From a virus (Duplodnaviria > Caudoviricetes): a stretch of 38,999 bases of DNA. The first letter of the stretch is position 1. The number at the start of each line of letters is the position of its first letter. Of the stretch, positions 38,038 through 38,999 are shown piece by piece. Below the pieces are notes generated by a model, which saw only the letters and a list, made by a program, of their open reading frames with translations, did not search any database and had not been told where the DNA came from. Both the position numbers and the translations under genes were made by a program. The stretch covers positions 1 through 38,999 of the IMG/VR virus record IMGVR_UViG_3300037704_000239. One strand, given 5' to 3'.

Positions 38038-38997
38038 TCAGCGGCGGGCGATGACGAAGATGTTGCCGCTGACCCGGCGCACACCGAGCCCGTCGAAGCG
38101 CCCCGTCACTTCGCCGAGCCGGATGAGGCGGGCGCGCACCTCGGCCTCGCTCAGCCCGGGGAAGCGGTGGCGGCTGTAGGCCCGGCTGTTCTTGTGCCCG
38201 GGGCGGTATGCGTTGATGGTCTTCGACAGCCGCCGGCGCACCGCGCCCAGATGCCCTCGCGCCCGTACCGCGAAGGGCGGCCGCTCGGCCAGCCAGTGCT
38301 CGCCCTCGGCCGCGATCAGCGCGTCGATGCGCTCGGAGGCCAGCGTGCCGTCGAGCGGGCCGACATACTCCTCGGCCAGCGCCAGCACCTCCGGAGCCGG
38401 GGGCGCAGGCCGCGTGCCGGCGAACAGGGCCCCGAGCACGGCGATCAACTGGCCCTCGGTGTGGACCGGCGTGCTGACGAGGTTGGCCAGCTGGCGGTCG
38501 AACTCGTCCGAAGTGACCGGCTGATAGGCGATTACAGGGTGGCCGAGCAGGTAGCCCTCGAGCCCGGTGGTGCAGCCGTTGTGGATGGTCACCGCGCTGG
38601 CCAGGATCCAGGGGTAGACATTGCCCTCGTGGATCACGGTCACGTTGGGCAGGCCTTGGGCAGCCGCGCGCCAGACCTCGTGCGCTTCGCCCGGGTGCGG
38701 GCGCAGCACCACCTGGCGGTCGGGGAAGGCGCGCGCGAGGGCCGGCAGCATGGCCTTGAACGCTTCGAATACCGCGATGCGGAAGCGCCAGAACGCCTCG
38801 GTTCCGGCGCCGAGGTTGGTAAGGCGCCCGTCCGGGGTCTCGCGGACGGCGTCGCGAGCGACGAAGTAGTTGAGCCTGCCGAAGTTCGAATTGATCAGAA
38901 TGAAGTCACCGAAACGCGCGCGCAGAGCCTGGACCTCCGGGTTGAAGACGGCGCGGCAGCGCGGCGTCAGCAGGTCGAAGCGCGGGTTGCCGGTCAC
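38038..38997 (-). CDS. Surface carbohydrate biosynthesis protein (glycosyltransferase-like), 5'-partial; probably host chromosome
   Basis: TGNPRFDLL, ILINSNFG, VLRPHPGE, IHNGCTTGLEGYLLG. Confidence 0.8.
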   Translation of the reverse strand: MTGNPRFDLLTPRCRAVFNPEVQALRARFGDFILINSNFGRLNYFVARDAVRETPDGRLTNLGAGTEAFWRFRIAVFEAFKAMLPALARAFPDRQVVLRPHPGEAHEVWRAAAQGLPNVTVIHEGNVYPWILASAVTIHNGCTTGLEGYLLGHPVIAYQPVTSDEFDRQLANLVSTPVHTEGQLIAVLGALFAGTRPAPPAPEVLALAEEYVGPLDGTLASERIDALIAAEGEHWLAERPPFAVRARGHLGAVRRRLSKTINAYRPGHKNSRAYSRHRFPGLSEAEVRARLIRLGEVTGRFDGLGVRRVSGNIFVIARR

Positions 38998-38999
38998 GT

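Overview
High-GC alphaproteobacterial (Rhodobacteraceae-like) window. Bases ~1-22.4 kb are the late region of a siphovirus prophage: lambda-type head genes (terminase, gpW, portal, ClpP-like protease/scaffold, decoration, major capsid), RcGTA-type tail genes (tube, frameshifted chaperone, tape measure, DUF2460, DUF2163, NlpC/P60, megatron, DUF2793 fibre) and a lysis cassette, with two opposite-strand morons. Bases 22.5-32.2 kb are a minus-strand type I R-M operon carrying a half-HsdS, RhuM, DUF2188, a Sir2-like DUF4917 protein and a YgjP/M48 peptidase. Bases 32.2-37.5 kb hold a large serine recombinase with two ParB-like genes followed by a ~200-nt hairpin-rich region, a divergent double-HTH gene and a higBA locus with a frameshifted toxin. 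A partial host surface-carbohydrate gene ends the window. Main highlights: short palindromic elements inserted in frame in virion genes (two copies with compensatory stem changes), the structured region behind the recombinase-ParB-ParB module, a Sir2-like gene in the PrrC slot of the R-M operon, and a CBM-like insert in the megatron. All family calls come from motif recognition and recall; no searches were run.
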